Source: Lama guanicoe | Taxonomy: Eukaryota | Reading direction: 5' to 3' | DNA length: 64,000 nucleotides | Assembly (NCBI GenBank): GCA_013239625.1 | Contig: MU056000.1 | Coordinates: forward strand, 10,801,175-10,865,174 | Part shown: positions 63,610 through 64,000 of the stretch, piece by piece | Layout of the letters: each line of letters starts with the position of its first letter | How positions within the stretch are numbered: the stretch's first letter is position 1 | The notes under the pieces: generated by a model | What the model saw: the letters and a program-made list of their open reading frames with translations, nothing else | The model's database searches: none | What the model was told of the DNA's origin: nothing | Position numbers and translations under genes: made by a program

Positions 63610-64000
63610 AAATATCAACAGTGTACCAAGGGGTTTGTGATGTGGAAATAAAATACACAGCAATACTAGCACAAAGGTGGAAGAAGGTATACATGAAATT
63701 AAACTGTTGTGAGATTTGTATGTTGTATGAGGAGTCATACAATATTAATTCAAGGTTGACTGTAATAAGTTAAAGATGCACAATATAATCTCTAGAAAAA
63801 TCACTAAAAATCACTTCATATATTAATGAAAGTGTCAATAAAAATTTAATAGAAAAAAATCGAATGGAATACTTAAAAAAACAATTGATCAATCCAAGAG
63901 AGATTGAGAGATGAGGATCAAAATAATAAAACAACACAAATACAATACAACAATACAAACAGTTTTACAAATACATGAAAACATACAACAAAATGATACA
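63610..64000 (+). mobile_element. Ancient L1 inter-ORF region (runs off the window)
   Basis: gactgtaataagttaaagatgcacaatataatctctagaaaaatcactaaaa. Confidence 0.65.

Noticed and set aside
1..64000. CRISPR array, prokaryote-type system, NUMT, processed pseudogene or CpG-island promoter
   Set aside because: No regularly spaced repeats, operon-like ORFs, or mitochondrial or mRNA-like sequence recognised; the window is CpG-depleted mammalian DNA. Small or diverged features could have been missed without searches.

Overview
Mammalian non-coding DNA, either a long intron or intergenic sequence. It is most likely from a camelid (alpaca, llama or camel). The evidence is two vic-1-like tRNA-derived SINEs, cetartiodactyl-type L1 3' ends, and no recognisable Alu, BovB/Bov-A, PRE1 or CanSINE. 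I found no credible protein-coding gene, CpG island, RNA gene or CRISPR array. The only ORFs with recognisable homology are decayed LINE-1 ORF2 fragments, and several long ORFs are microsatellite artefacts. A large share of the window is interspersed repeats: young and old L1, many MIR and L2, MLT/LTR16/LTR33-type LTRs, and MER3/MER5/MER33/MER82/MER20/Charlie4-type DNA elements, several of them nested. Subfamily names come from recalled consensus sequences, and boundaries are approximate unless a target-site duplication (TSD) is given. I cannot support a new biological system here. The best leads are a 15/25-nt micro-exon candidate behind a long AG-free tract (32441-32455), a two-strand recursive-splice-like motif (18263-18330), a duplicated ~74-bp acceptor-like block (19500/20445), and a strong CTCF motif in a local CpG patch (15075-15093).
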